Shown: positions 28,687 to 39,087 of the stretch, in pieces
How the letters are laid out: each line of letters starts with the position of its first letter
Numbering within the stretch: the first letter of the stretch is position 1
Assembly (NCBI GenBank): GCA_963769885.1
Contig: CAVYNH010000006.1
Span: forward strand, 416,001-480,000
Origin: Methanobacteriota archaeon
GTDB lineage: Archaea; Thermoplasmatota; E2; DHVEG-1
Reading direction: 5' to 3'
DNA: 64,000 nt
The notes under the pieces: generated by a model
Told to the model about the DNA's origin: nothing
What the model saw: only the letters and a program-made list of their open reading frames with translations
Database searches by the model: none
Made by a program: the position numbers and the translations under genes

Positions 28687-29937
28687 TCAGGGGTTGGTGA
28701 GGCATTCCTGGTAGATGTCCAGGGTTCGTTTGGTGACGGCGTCCCAGGTGAACTTGTCGATGACGCGCTGGCGTCCGCGTTCGCCCATCGCCTTGCCTTG
28801 GTCGGGGAGGCTGAGGACTTGTTTGACGCCCCAGGCGATGTCGTCGGGTGCGTAGGGGTTGACGTGGAAGCCGCATTGGTCGTCGCCGGTCGGGATGATC
28901 TGCTCGCGCATCCCGTTGGTCCCGCGGGCGCCGACGACGGTTGGCTTCGCCATGGCCATGGCCTCGGTGCAGACGATGCCGAAGGGCTCGTAGAGGGAGG
29001 GGAGGATGACGACGTCGGCGGCGGCGTAGTGCTGGATGCGTTCGGGTTCGCTGATGAACTCGGTGCGCATGATGACGTTGTTCTGGATGCCGAGCTCGGT
29101 GATCATGTCGTGGAGTTGGGCGTCCATGTCGCCGACGCCGAGGATGACGAGTTTGGTCTTGGGGAACTCGCGGAGGACGGTGGGCATGGCTTGGACGAGT
29201 TTGTCGACGCCTTTGACGGCGACGAGGCGTCCGATGAAGAAGAGCATGGTCTCGTCGGGGTGGATGTTGTAGCGGCGGCGGAGGGTCTCGCGTTGGTCGG
29301 CGGTGACTTTTTGTGGGTCGTATTTTTTTGGGTCGACGCCGTTCCAGCAGACGTAGATTTTGTCTGGGGGGAAACCGAGTTTATAGAGTTCGTCTTCCAT
29401 GGCGTGGCTGACGGTGATGATGCGGTCGGCGGCTTGGCCGCCTTCGTATTCGATGTCTTTGATGGTGTGGCTGCCGCGGCCGATGCTGCGGCCGACTTCG
29501 GTGGAGTGGACGTGGAAGATGAGGGGGATTTTGAGTTCTTTTTTGGCGACGATACCGCCGAGGATGCCGAGCCAGTCGTGGGCGTCGATGATGTCGAAGG
29601 TGCGGCCGTTTTTGCGGACGAGGCTGTTGGCGAGTTGTGAAGCGCTCATGATGTTATAGCTGAGGACGTCGGCGAAGAATTTGAAGTAGGGGCCCCAGCT
29701 TCTGAGTTCGTGGTCTACGCAGAGGTAGAAGGTGCTGGTGAGGTCGAGGGTTTTGGGTCGGTAGACTTCGACGCCGCTGGTGAGGTCCATGGTGGGGAAG
29801 GTGTTGTCGCGGTTGAGGCTGAAGACGGCGACGTCGTGTTTCCAGGCTGCCATTTTGGTGGTGACTTCGTGGACGAAGGTGCCGAGTCCGCCGTAGAGGA
29901 CTGGGGGGTACTCCCAGGAAAAGTGCACGATTTTCAT
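28687..29937 (-). CDS. GT4 glycosyltransferase, probable glycogen synthase
   Basis: WEYPPVLYGGLG, DAHDW, HVHSTE, PSLYEPFGIVCTEAM. Confidence 0.85.
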   Translation of the reverse strand: MKIVHFSWEYPPVLYGGLGTFVHEVTTKMAAWKHDVAVFSLNRDNTFPTMDLTSGVEVYRPKTLDLTSTFYLCVDHELRSWGPYFKFFADVLSYNIMSASQLANSLVRKNGRTFDIIDAHDWLGILGGIVAKKELKIPLIFHVHSTEVGRSIGRGSHTIKDIEYEGGQAADRIITVSHAMEDELYKLGFPPDKIYVCWNGVDPKKYDPQKVTADQRETLRRRYNIHPDETMLFFIGRLVAVKGVDKLVQAMPTVLREFPKTKLVILGVGDMDAQLHDMITELGIQNNVIMRTEFISEPERIQHYAAADVVILPSLYEPFGIVCTEAMAMAKPTVVGARGTNGMREQIIPTGDDQCGFHVNPYAPDDIAWGVKQVLSLPDQGKAMGERGRQRVIDKFTWDAVTKRTLDIYQECLTNP

Positions 29938-29953
29938 CTGGTGGTGTCTCTCC

Positions 29954-31153
29954 TCACGCGTTGTTGGTGACTTTTTCCTTGAGGTCTTGAAGAATGTTCA
30001 TGTAGTTTATGAATCCATCGTAGGGGACTTCGTAGGGGCTGAAGTAGGCGTGGACGGTGCCGTCTTCGAAGCCTTTGGTGGAGAGGTAGTAGAGGTGGTC
30101 GCTGGTTTGGAGGAGTCGCCAGACGTAGAGGAGGTCTTTGTCGACGGGTTTTTGTTTTTTGATCATGCGGCCGATGTCTTTGAGTTCGTTGAAGCAGGCG
30201 ATCTGCATGTTGTTGCCCAGCCAGGTGCTGACGTTGCGGTCTTCGTCTGCCCACGAGATGGCCCAGGGGACGTCGATGTCGCCGACGGCTTGGTATTTGT
30301 CGACGGCTTCGGTGACGGTGGTAAATTCGAGGTTGTCGTATTTGAGGACTTCGCCGGGGAGGTGTTTGAGGAATTCGAAGATGCCGGTGTCTTCCCATTG
30401 GTGTTCGCCGAAGGTCTCGTAGTCCATGAAGAGGTTGATGACGTCGCCGAAGCTGTTGGTCATCCAGCGGGCGTATTTCTCGGCGGTGAGGGGGTAGCCG
30501 CTCCAGTTCTTGGCGCTGAACCGGAAGCCGACGTCATCAGAGAGTTTGTAGTTGCGCATGAGGACCTTGATGGGGCTGTATTGGGATTTGTAGACGAAGT
30601 TCGGCGAGCGCCAGCCCAGGATCCGCTCCGAGCCCTCGGTGATGATGCCGTGGTAGCCCAGCTCCGCGGCTTTGCCGGCGATGCGGTTGTCGTAGATGGT
30701 CTCGGTGTTGCGGAAGGACTTCGGCTGGTAGTTGAAGATTTTCTTGATGGTTTGGCGGTGGAGTTTGACTTGGGCTTCGAACTCTTCGAGGTCGTCGAAG
30801 AGGCTGGAGAGGGAATGGAAATACGTCTCGTCCAGGAGGTCGACGCAGCCGGTCTTCACGAGGTCTTTGAAGCTGTCGAGGAGCTCTGGTATGAACATCC
30901 GGCAGTACTCGATGAAGGTGCCGGTGAGGCTGTAGGAGATGCGGAACTTGCCGTCGTACTTGCGGATGAGGTCCAGGAGCAGCCGGTTGGTCGGGAGATA
31001 GCATTTCTTGGCGACCTTTTCGAAGATCTTCTGGTTGAGCTCGTGGTTAAAATAGGTGGCGTATGGGTCCGCCGTGTGCCCGATGTTGAACACTGAGAAC
31101 CGGCTCAGTCTCATGGGCTGATGGACTTCGAAGTAGAACACGACAGACGGCAT
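29954..31153 (-). CDS. GH57 alpha-amylase-like glycoside hydrolase
   Basis: FEVHQP, ETYFHSL, FRNTE, FMDYETFGEH, SWAD, QTSDHLYY. Confidence 0.92.
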   Translation of the reverse strand: MPSVVFYFEVHQPMRLSRFSVFNIGHTADPYATYFNHELNQKIFEKVAKKCYLPTNRLLLDLIRKYDGKFRISYSLTGTFIEYCRMFIPELLDSFKDLVKTGCVDLLDETYFHSLSSLFDDLEEFEAQVKLHRQTIKKIFNYQPKSFRNTETIYDNRIAGKAAELGYHGIITEGSERILGWRSPNFVYKSQYSPIKVLMRNYKLSDDVGFRFSAKNWSGYPLTAEKYARWMTNSFGDVINLFMDYETFGEHQWEDTGIFEFLKHLPGEVLKYDNLEFTTVTEAVDKYQAVGDIDVPWAISWADEDRNVSTWLGNNMQIACFNELKDIGRMIKKQKPVDKDLLYVWRLLQTSDHLYYLSTKGFEDGTVHAYFSPYEVPYDGFINYMNILQDLKEKVTNNA

Positions 31154-31155
31154 AG

Positions 31156-32271
31156 TTACGCAAGACCCCTGTAGACCCGGAGCGTCTGGTCCGCTACCCG
31201 GTCCCAGGTGAATAATTGCACTTCTCTTTTTGAACTTTGCCTCATCGTGTTGCGCAACGGGTTGTACCGCAGGAGGGCAATGATCTTGTTCGCCATCTCG
31301 TCGGTATCCCAGAAATCGACCTTGAAACAGTTCTTCAGGACCTCGGAGACGCCTGCGCTGCGGGACACGATTGTTGGGGTGCCTGCGCTGATCGCTTCGA
31401 GGGCGGTGATGCCGAACGGCTCGCTGACGGAGGGCATGACGTAGATGCTGGAGATCTTGTAGATGTGCTGGACCTCGGCATCGGAGAGCTTGCCGGTGAA
31501 GACGACCTTGTTGGCGATGCCCATGTCGACGGCCTGGTTGATGAGCTTGGGCATCATGTCGCCGACGCCGGCGATGACGAACTTGGCGTCCTCGTATTCC
31601 AGGACCTTCTTCGCGGCTTTCAGGAAGAACTCGGGTCCCTTCTGGATCGTGAGTCGGCCGAGGAACAAGACGAGCGGTTTCTTCTCCCCTTCCTCTAGGG
31701 GGTAGACCGCGTTGTGGATGACGGTGATCTTCTCGGCGGGGATCCCGTATTTCTCGATGATGATCTTCTTGGTGTAGTTGCTGACGGCGATGATCCGGTC
31801 CGCCTTCTGCATCCCTTCCCGTTCCAGGTCGATGAACCATTGGTTCGGGTAGAGCATCCCGGCCCGGTCGTACTCCGTGGAGTGGACGGTCAGGATCAGG
31901 GGGATGTGGAGATTTTCTTTGATCTCGACGCCGGCCTTCATGGTCAGCCAATCGTGAACATGGACGACATCATAGTTGCCTTTCACGCGAGCCACAAGGA
32001 GTTTGTTGTAGCGGTGGACGAGGTCGAAGAACCGGCCGCCCAGGGACTTGTCATCCGGGCGGTCATAAGGGTAGATGGCGTTGCCGGGCTCGCCGACCTC
32101 GATGATCTTGATGTTCTTGTTGTCGCTGTTGACCTTCTGCCGTAATTTCGGCATGTAAAAATCGATTTGGACGTCTTTTTCAGCGAGGCCGTGGGTCAAC
32201 CCGTAGCAATGGGTCCCTAAACCACCTACTTTGAAGGGCGGGTATTCCCAGCCAAGCATCGCGACTTTCAT
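31156..32271 (-). CDS. GT4 glycosyltransferase
   Basis: GWEYPPFKVGGLG, HVHDW, HSTEYDR, PSVSEPFGITALEA. Confidence 0.88.
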   Translation of the reverse strand: MKVAMLGWEYPPFKVGGLGTHCYGLTHGLAEKDVQIDFYMPKLRQKVNSDNKNIKIIEVGEPGNAIYPYDRPDDKSLGGRFFDLVHRYNKLLVARVKGNYDVVHVHDWLTMKAGVEIKENLHIPLILTVHSTEYDRAGMLYPNQWFIDLEREGMQKADRIIAVSNYTKKIIIEKYGIPAEKITVIHNAVYPLEEGEKKPLVLFLGRLTIQKGPEFFLKAAKKVLEYEDAKFVIAGVGDMMPKLINQAVDMGIANKVVFTGKLSDAEVQHIYKISSIYVMPSVSEPFGITALEAISAGTPTIVSRSAGVSEVLKNCFKVDFWDTDEMANKIIALLRYNPLRNTMRQSSKREVQLFTWDRVADQTLRVYRGLA

Positions 32272-32867
32272 CTGAACTTTTCCTCACCAGAGTGCTAGGG
32301 CGGATCTCTGAAAGCTTCCCCCAGGGCAAACCTTTAGGTCTTTCCTCTGTTCCACTGCGTGCTCATGACAGAGCTGTGTGAAGCCCGTAGAACAACATCC
32401 TCTATTTATTACTTGCCTTTTGCTTAATCTCCTCTTTTTTTTCCTCGCGAGAAGCTTCCTCCAATCGGTTCTGGTTTCCACTACGACTTTCGTAGCCTAG
32501 AAGTGGGAATGATTAAGAGGCATATAACTCTATCTAAAAAAATTGAGAGAATTTTTTTCAAAACTCTTGTAACATATTTGATGTCGCTGTCACCCAACTC
32601 ACCCCGTGTTTTTGTGTTGGTGGGTTGGGTGCGGTGACGTGTCCGGTCCCAGGTGTTGCAGCAGTTGGGGCCGCGGCACTGCGCGTGTCGCGACAAGACT
32701 GTCGGATACCGTGGTTGTCCTGTCCTTCATCTCTTGACATTACGTCGGTCGATCGCACAGGGACCCTAAGCGGTATCAACCTGTCCCCTCAGTCTTGCCC
32801 CTCCAATCATCCTGTCATGGAGGTCTTCGTACCAAGGGGTACCCAAAATTATTGCGCGGTCCGTTCA

Positions 32868-33695
32868 TTAATCTTTCGATGCCGTCGGCCGGTAGGCGTT
32901 GATCTGGTCCCGTAGCGCCACCGCCTTCTGTCGCGCCGCCTCCGCGTAGTCCTCGCCAGCAGAGGCGTACAGGATCTCCCGAGACGAGTTGATTAATGCC
33001 ATTTCCCCTTTGTGGTTGGTCCCGTAGCGGATGGTCTTCTCCACGTCGCCGCCTTGCTTGCCGACCCCCGGGATCAAGATCGGGACATGGTCGCCGAGGA
33101 TGCCGCGGACCTGCCGCATCTCCTCCGGGTACGTCGCGCCGACCACCGCCCCACAGTTCTTGTTCACATTCCACTCGGCGATCTTCTTCGCCACAATCTG
33201 ATACAACGGCGTCCCGTCGACGTTGAGGTCCTGCAGTTCCCCGGCGGATGGGTTCGACGTCCGGCAGAGAATGAAACTGCACTTCTCCTTATAATCCAAG
33301 AACGGCGTCAGCCCATCCTTCCCCAGGTACGCGTTCACGGTTACCGCATCCGCATGGTACGTCTCGAACAGCGCCTTGGCGTACTGCTGCGCCGTGTTGC
33401 CGATGTCATTGCGCTTCCCATCCAGGATCACGAACAGCTCCTTCGGGATCACCGCCAACGTCCGCTCCAGTAGCACCGTGCCCCACGGACCCAGGACCTC
33501 GTAGAACGCCAGGTTCAATTTAAAGGCGCACGCGACATCCCGCGTCGCCTCAATAATCGCCCTGTTAAACTCAAAGACCGGATTCTTCTTCTCCTTCACG
33601 CAGACAGGGATCTTCCCCGCATCCGTATCCAGCCCCACGCATAACAGACTCTGATTTTTATGGACAATCTCCGTCAGCTTCTCATCCCACATCAT
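32868..33695 (-). CDS. pyrF: Orotidine-5'-phosphate decarboxylase
   Basis: LCVGLD, ILDGKRNDIGNT, CRTSNP, GAVVGAT, PGVGKQGG, NSSR. Confidence 0.93.
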   Translation of the reverse strand: MMWDEKLTEIVHKNQSLLCVGLDTDAGKIPVCVKEKKNPVFEFNRAIIEATRDVACAFKLNLAFYEVLGPWGTVLLERTLAVIPKELFVILDGKRNDIGNTAQQYAKALFETYHADAVTVNAYLGKDGLTPFLDYKEKCSFILCRTSNPSAGELQDLNVDGTPLYQIVAKKIAEWNVNKNCGAVVGATYPEEMRQVRGILGDHVPILIPGVGKQGGDVEKTIRYGTNHKGEMALINSSREILYASAGEDYAEAARQKAVALRDQINAYRPTASKD

Positions 33696-33798
33696 ACTTC
33701 CACCTACAACCCCGCCAGCCCCATCACCAACCATCTATAAAAAAACTCTCACCCACCAAGAATAGGTATTTAACACAACAAATAATTCACCACCCAAG

Positions 33799-34872
33799 AT
33801 GAAAATCATCTATGGCGTCTGCTCCTGGGGCCTCGGCCACGCCACCCGCAGCCTCCCCGTCATCCGCGCCCTCATCAACGACGGCCACCTCCTCACCATC
33901 GTCTCCCACGACCGCGCCCTCACCCTCCTCAAACAAGAACTCGGCGACCACGCCCTCTACCACGACATCCCAGACTACCCCATGCTCATCAGCGACAACG
34001 GACGCCAATTCCTCGCCAAATCAGCCATCTACTGGCCCCTCTTCATCCACCGCATCGAACAAGGCCTCACCCAACTCAAAACCATCCTCGCCCACGACCG
34101 CTACCACCTCATCATCTCCGACTCCCGCTACGACATGTACAACAGAAAAATCCCCTCCCTCTTCATCAGCCACCAGATGCGCATCATGAACCCCATGCGC
34201 ATCAAACTCCTGGAGCGCGGCAGCGAACGCTTCAACCAATTCTTCTTCAACCGCTTCACCGCCGTCATCGTCCCCGACACCAAAACCCACAGCCTCAGCG
34301 GCGACCTCTCCCACAACCTCAAACTCCTCAACGAAGACGCTATCCACTACGTCGGCCCCCTCTCCGACTTCCACAAAAAACGACTCACCAAGAACATCGA
34401 CTACCTCATCAGCTTCTCCGGCCCCGAGCCCCAACGCACCATCCTCGAAACCAAAATCATGGAACAACTCCAAGACCTCCATGGCACCATCGTCATCACC
34501 CAAGGCAAACCAGAGACCGCCACCAAAACCAAAAACAAGAACATCACCGTCTACACCTCCGTCAGCCGCGCCACCAGAGAAAACCTCCTCAACAAAGCCA
34601 AAACCGTCATCGGACGCTCAGGCTACACCACCATCATGGACCTCGCCGTCACCGGCACCAAAGCCCTCCTCATCCCCACCCCAGGACAAATCGAACAAGA
34701 ATACCTTGCCACCTACCACCAACACCACAACAACTACGCCACCGTCACCCAACCCCGCATCAACCTCGCCGACAACCTCCCACGCGTCAAGGCGACCACC
34801 GGCATCACCCACGCCCCCTCAGTCAAAACCACCGTCAATAATATCCTCGACATCATCACCCAACACACCTGA
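33799..34872 (+). CDS. Glycosyltransferase (GT28/MJ1255-like)
   Basis: GLGHATRS, SGPEPQR, RSGYTTIMD, PTPGQIEQEY. Confidence 0.85.
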   Translation: MKIIYGVCSWGLGHATRSLPVIRALINDGHLLTIVSHDRALTLLKQELGDHALYHDIPDYPMLISDNGRQFLAKSAIYWPLFIHRIEQGLTQLKTILAHDRYHLIISDSRYDMYNRKIPSLFISHQMRIMNPMRIKLLERGSERFNQFFFNRFTAVIVPDTKTHSLSGDLSHNLKLLNEDAIHYVGPLSDFHKKRLTKNIDYLISFSGPEPQRTILETKIMEQLQDLHGTIVITQGKPETATKTKNKNITVYTSVSRATRENLLNKAKTVIGRSGYTTIMDLAVTGTKALLIPTPGQIEQEYLATYHQHHNNYATVTQPRINLADNLPRVKATTGITHAPSVKTTVNNILDIITQHT

Positions 34873-34930
34873 TAAAACATCCTTACCGGAACCAGTATAA
34901 ACCGCAAGGCCTTATATCCCGATTGAGAGA

Positions 34931-36730
34931 GTGCGGAAACAGACTTCTTCACCATTTACCATTATAAAAAAATGGTATTTTTGGCTCATCCTCATCACCA
35001 CACTCGCGGTCGTACTGCGCTCCATCCCAGCCTGGACCAACGCTGCCTGGGGCAGCGACTTCGGCATCTACTACGGCCTCACCAAAGCCTTCCTCAACAC
35101 CGGTAACCTCATCAACGCCTACAACGGCTGGGGCGCCTCCTACCAATACTTCCCCGTCCTCTACCTCGTCACCGGCGCCGCCCACATGCTCTCCGGCCTC
35201 GATGTCCTCTACATCCTCCCAAAAATCGCCCCGATCTTCGGCGGCCTCACCGTCACCATCCTCTACTTTATCGTCTACGAACTCCTCAAACGCCGCGACA
35301 TCGCCCTGCTCTCCGCCGCCTTCCTCGCCGTCGCTCCCTTCCACGTCTACCAGACCAGCCACGCCGCCCCCCTCACCATGGGCCACTTCTTCATGCTGCT
35401 TTCCCTCTACCTCTTCCTCAAATACCTCCACAACCACCGCTACCTCGTCCCCCTCATCCTCTCCACCATCCTCCTCATCATGTCCCACCACCTCACCACC
35501 TACTTCTACATCATCAGCCTCTTCGGCATCGTCATCTTCCAAAGCATCTCCACCCCCCTACGCGACCTCAAACGACAAGTCACCTACGTTACCGCCTGCA
35601 GCCTCATGGCCTTCATCTACTGGTTCACCGTCGCGGTCCCCGTCTTCAACGTCTACCTCGGCAACAACCTCTTCGGCTCCCCCGGGATCCTCGTCGCCGC
35701 CTTCTACCTCGCTTTCTTCGGCCTCCTCCTCGCCTTCACCCGCCCCCAGATGCAAGCCTGGCGCCGCCACTTCGTCCTTAAACACTCGCCGAAAACCCCG
35801 AGCCCGGCCCGAGCCGGCATCCTCTTCGCCGGCACCGTCATCGGCCTGCTCTCCACGATTCTCGTCTTCTTCTTCATCCCCTTCCCAGTCTCGGTCCTCC
35901 GGATGAACACCACGACCTTGCTCTACTCCATCCCCGTCATCATCTTCACCGGCATCTGCGCCCTCGGCTTCGAGTACCTCCGCGAACTCGAGAACCACCG
36001 GATCATCCAAGGCTGGTTCTTCGCCATCTTCATCTCTTTCGTCTTCGCCTTTCTCACTGGCGATACCAAGCTCTTCCCCGACCGCCACATCGAATACCTC
36101 ATGGTCCCCATGTCCATCATCGCCGCCTACGGCCTCTACCGCTCTCTCAACAAACTCCATGTCCCAGCCTTACCCAGCCTCTCCTTAAGCAGAATCCCTC
36201 ACCGGCAATGGCTGCTCGTCGCCATCACCTGCTTCCTCGTCTGCACCAACAGCATGGCCGTCTACCCCGCGAAGAACTCCATCGGCGGCATCAACGAGAC
36301 CATCTCCGAGCCCGCCCTCAGCGCCATCCAGTGGATGACCACGACCCTAGACAAGAACCAGACGCTCGTCGCCTCCGACCTGCGCCTCACCAAGATCGCG
36401 TGGGCCGAAGGCTTCAACACCACCTTCGAGGACACCAACGAGACCTGGACGAGCACCGACTGGCACGGATGCCTCTCCGACCTCGAAGGCAACGAGACCA
36501 GAGGCCGCATCACCACTATCCTCATCGACGACGTCATGCAGACCAGCGTCGTGAACCTCGCCCTCCTCCGGAACGAATACATGACGAACGAATCCTACCT
36601 CAAATTCGCCTCCGAGCCCTTCGAGCGACTCTATCGTAACGAGACGCTGAATGCCAACGGTGAGGTCCTCCACTGGGTCGAAGTCTACGCCGTCAACTGG
36701 ACCTACATCGAACAGCAGACGACACAATAA
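34931..36730 (+). CDS. Polytopic membrane protein, GT-C-fold glycosyltransferase-like
   Basis: About 12 TM segments; luminal WGSDFGIYY after TM1; YQYFP; soluble C-terminal domain. Confidence 0.6.
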   Translation: MRKQTSSPFTIIKKWYFWLILITTLAVVLRSIPAWTNAAWGSDFGIYYGLTKAFLNTGNLINAYNGWGASYQYFPVLYLVTGAAHMLSGLDVLYILPKIAPIFGGLTVTILYFIVYELLKRRDIALLSAAFLAVAPFHVYQTSHAAPLTMGHFFMLLSLYLFLKYLHNHRYLVPLILSTILLIMSHHLTTYFYIISLFGIVIFQSISTPLRDLKRQVTYVTACSLMAFIYWFTVAVPVFNVYLGNNLFGSPGILVAAFYLAFFGLLLAFTRPQMQAWRRHFVLKHSPKTPSPARAGILFAGTVIGLLSTILVFFFIPFPVSVLRMNTTTLLYSIPVIIFTGICALGFEYLRELENHRIIQGWFFAIFISFVFAFLTGDTKLFPDRHIEYLMVPMSIIAAYGLYRSLNKLHVPALPSLSLSRIPHRQWLLVAITCFLVCTNSMAVYPAKNSIGGINETISEPALSAIQWMTTTLDKNQTLVASDLRLTKIAWAEGFNTTFEDTNETWTSTDWHGCLSDLEGNETRGRITTILIDDVMQTSVVNLALLRNEYMTNESYLKFASEPFERLYRNETLNANGEVLHWVEVYAVNWTYIEQQTTQ

Positions 36731-36748
36731 ACAAACAGTCTATTTTTA

Positions 36749-37699
36749 TCAATGAAACAGATACGGGCTCAGCGAGGAGACGATCGACATCGGGGAGGCG
36801 AAGACGTCGGTGGCGAAATACTGGTACCAGCCGCAGCCACGAGGGCAGGCCTGCATCGCCGTCCGCGCCTCATGTGCCTTCAGAGTCTGGAGGAACTCCA
36901 TAAAGCTTCCCTCGGTGAAGTTATAGAGATGCTGGCCGATGGTGCGGCAGGGATAGAAGAGGCCGCCATCCGAGTCGATGATCACCGAGGACGTCGAGCA
37001 GCCATGCTCGCTGTTGATATTATCCAGGAATCCCCGGGGCGTCGTAATGGTCTGGGGATACAATTTCTTCAACCTTAGGATTTCCTCGCGGAACCGGGCG
37101 GGGTCGGGGTAGAAATCATCCGTGCCGTCGAGATGGCAGGCGGGCATGACGACCGTCCGGGCATGGACGTCGAACACGCGCTTGACCTTCTCCTCAAGAG
37201 CCGGCAGGGTCTCTTTCGTGACAACAATCTGGATGCAGATCTCCGGGCCATAGGACTGGAACTCCGAGAGCCGGTCAAAGAACTCGAGGTTATCATGACC
37301 TTCATCGATGCTGATGTGCAAGTAGTCGATGTATTTTGCATACTCGGTCATGGGGCTTTTGTCGAGGAGGTGGCCGTTGGTGGTGAAGAAGAGATAGAAG
37401 GGCTTGGTGGCGGCGTGTGTGAGGATCTCGCCGAGGTCTTTTCGGATGAGGGGATCCCCGCCTTCGAGGCTGAGGACGATGATGCTGGAGGTGGCGAGGT
37501 TATCGAGGACCTTGAGGACCTGGTCGGTGGGGAGGTCCGGGGTTTTTTCTTTCCAGACGTTGCAGAAGGCGCATTGGAGGCTGCAGTGGTGGGTGACTTT
37601 GAAGGAGGCGTAGAAGGGGTAGATGGCTTCGCCTGCGAGCCGGTTGGCGAGGGCGTAGCGGACGGTGGAGAGGTATTTGGTGAGCGGGAGGGTTTTCAT
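36749..37699 (-). CDS. Radical SAM protein with C-terminal Cys-rich (SPASM-like) region
   Basis: CSLQCAFC, EGGDPLIR, TTNG; later CSTS...YPC...CPRGC. Confidence 0.85.
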   Translation of the reverse strand: MKTLPLTKYLSTVRYALANRLAGEAIYPFYASFKVTHHCSLQCAFCNVWKEKTPDLPTDQVLKVLDNLATSSIIVLSLEGGDPLIRKDLGEILTHAATKPFYLFFTTNGHLLDKSPMTEYAKYIDYLHISIDEGHDNLEFFDRLSEFQSYGPEICIQIVVTKETLPALEEKVKRVFDVHARTVVMPACHLDGTDDFYPDPARFREEILRLKKLYPQTITTPRGFLDNINSEHGCSTSSVIIDSDGGLFYPCRTIGQHLYNFTEGSFMEFLQTLKAHEARTAMQACPRGCGWYQYFATDVFASPMSIVSSLSPYLFH

Positions 37700-37823
37700 G
37701 TGGTCCTTGGGTGGGGTGTGTATTGAGTGAAGTAAGATAAGCATTGTCTTTTGGCTCATGGTGGTTTTATAGGGAGTGAGGCGGCGTCACCTTTTAATAG
37801 GGATACGGTATTCAGCACTTCCT

Positions 37824-37991
37824 ATGCCAAAGAAAGCTGAGAAGTGCAACTCCTGCGGCAAGGGGCTGCTCGAGCAGGGTTCGACGACGTTTCCGTGCCC
37901 GAGCTGCGGCACCATGGTCGGCCGCTGCAATAACTGCCGCGAACAGAGCATCGACTACATCTGCCCGCAATGCAGCTTCCGCGGGCCGTAG
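37824..37991 (+). CDS. Zn-ribbon small protein (DUF1610 family) upstream of EF-1beta
   Basis: Four CxxC motifs, FPCPSCG and YICPQCSFRGP end; conserved archaeal context. Confidence 0.88.
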   Translation: MPKKAEKCNSCGKGLLEQGSTTFPCPSCGTMVGRCNNCREQSIDYICPQCSFRGP

Positions 37992-38018
37992 AAGGATTTT
38001 GGGGAGGCTTGCGAGCGT

Positions 38019-38291
38019 ATGGGAGAAGTCATCGCGTTGATTCGTATGATGCCGGACGGCGTCCTGAGTGATGCGGAGATGGACGTCATCGCCGGTGAAG
38101 TCCGTAAGATTATTCAGAAGCCGATCCGCCTTGGGCGCGTCGAGGTCAAGAACATCGCCTTCGGGTTGAAGGGGCTGGATGTGACGATCGCGGTGCCCGA
38201 CTCCGAGGGCGGGCTGGACCCGATCGTCGAGAAGCTCGGGAAAATAAAGAAAGTGGATAACGTCGAGGTCGTCGATGTCGGCCGAATCTAA
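38019..38291 (+). CDS. ef1b: Translation elongation factor 1-beta
   Basis: MGEV..IRMMP, IAFGLKGL, EGGLDPI. Confidence 0.9.
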   Translation: MGEVIALIRMMPDGVLSDAEMDVIAGEVRKIIQKPIRLGRVEVKNIAFGLKGLDVTIAVPDSEGGLDPIVEKLGKIKKVDNVEVVDVGRI

Positions 38292-38989
38292 GTGAGTTTG
38301 CTGACGGTCAGCTGTCTGACCTGGTCCTGGCAGAGGATCAGGGCTTCTTTTCCGTTTTCCGTGGGGTAGTAGACGGGGTAAGCGCTGTTGCTGGTGTCGC
38401 CTTCGACGAGCTCCGCGAAATGCATCTTGTTGAGGTGCCACTTGACCACGTGGTGGTTCATGTTGAGCGCGTGGGCGATCTCGAGGAGATGGCGGCCGGG
38501 GTGGTCGGTGACGTACTGCAGGATGTCGTGCGCGTTCTTGTTGCGCAAGACGGACTCGGCGATGGCGCGCTGTCGGACCTCGAGGCCGCCTTCGACGAGG
38601 TAGTAGACCTTCTTGCCGCCGATAACGCGGCTGCGGACGAGGTTCGTCTGCTCCAGCTTCCGCAGGTGCCAGGCGGCGTTGCTTGGCTTCAGGTCCAGTT
38701 CCCTGGCGATCTCCCGGAGGTGTGAGCCGGGGTACTCGTCGATGTACTCATACAGATGTTTTCTGGTTTCGGTGTCGAGGACGTTCTCCGGCGTCACGTA
38801 CTTGATGCCGCCGAAGAAGAACAGGAACCCCAGGGCCACGGCGACGATTACGATGATGATCGCCGTCGACGACCCGCCGATGCCGTCCGACGGCGCCGTC
38901 GACGCCCAGGCTACGGGAGCAAGAGAGAGCAGGAGCCCACTCACGACAATAACCACGCAGTACGATGTCCGCTGCACGCCAAATCCCAT
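38288..38989 (-). CDS. Membrane-anchored double winged-helix regulator
   Basis: Two N-terminal hydrophobic segments; VLDTETRKHLYEYIDEYPG...WHLRKLE; second wHTH ILQYVTDHPG...WHLNKM. Confidence 0.75.
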   Translation of the reverse strand: MGFGVQRTSYCVVIVVSGLLLSLAPVAWASTAPSDGIGGSSTAIIIVIVAVALGFLFFFGGIKYVTPENVLDTETRKHLYEYIDEYPGSHLREIARELDLKPSNAAWHLRKLEQTNLVRSRVIGGKKVYYLVEGGLEVRQRAIAESVLRNKNAHDILQYVTDHPGRHLLEIAHALNMNHHVVKWHLNKMHFAELVEGDTSNSAYPVYYPTENGKEALILCQDQVRQLTVSKLT

Positions 38990-39087
38990 CCTTCTGACGC
39001 TACAACGCCTGCATCCTTAAAAGAATTTCCCCGATAAGCACCTTAAAGAGCGGCAGTGGCTAGGGTCAAGCAGAAAAGAGGCTTCAT

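Noticed and set aside
31154-31951. N-terminal extension of the 665-aa ORF, suggesting a GT-GH57 fusion
   Set aside because: Alternative frame of the GT4 gene; GH57 begins at MPSVVFYFEVHQP (31153).
32272-32867. About 600-bp intergenic region, examined for SRP RNA, RNase P RNA, a riboswitch and short ORFs (including a 10-codon uORF before the glycogen operon)
   Set aside because: No SRP or RNase P consensus motifs seen; the short ORFs lack supporting features.
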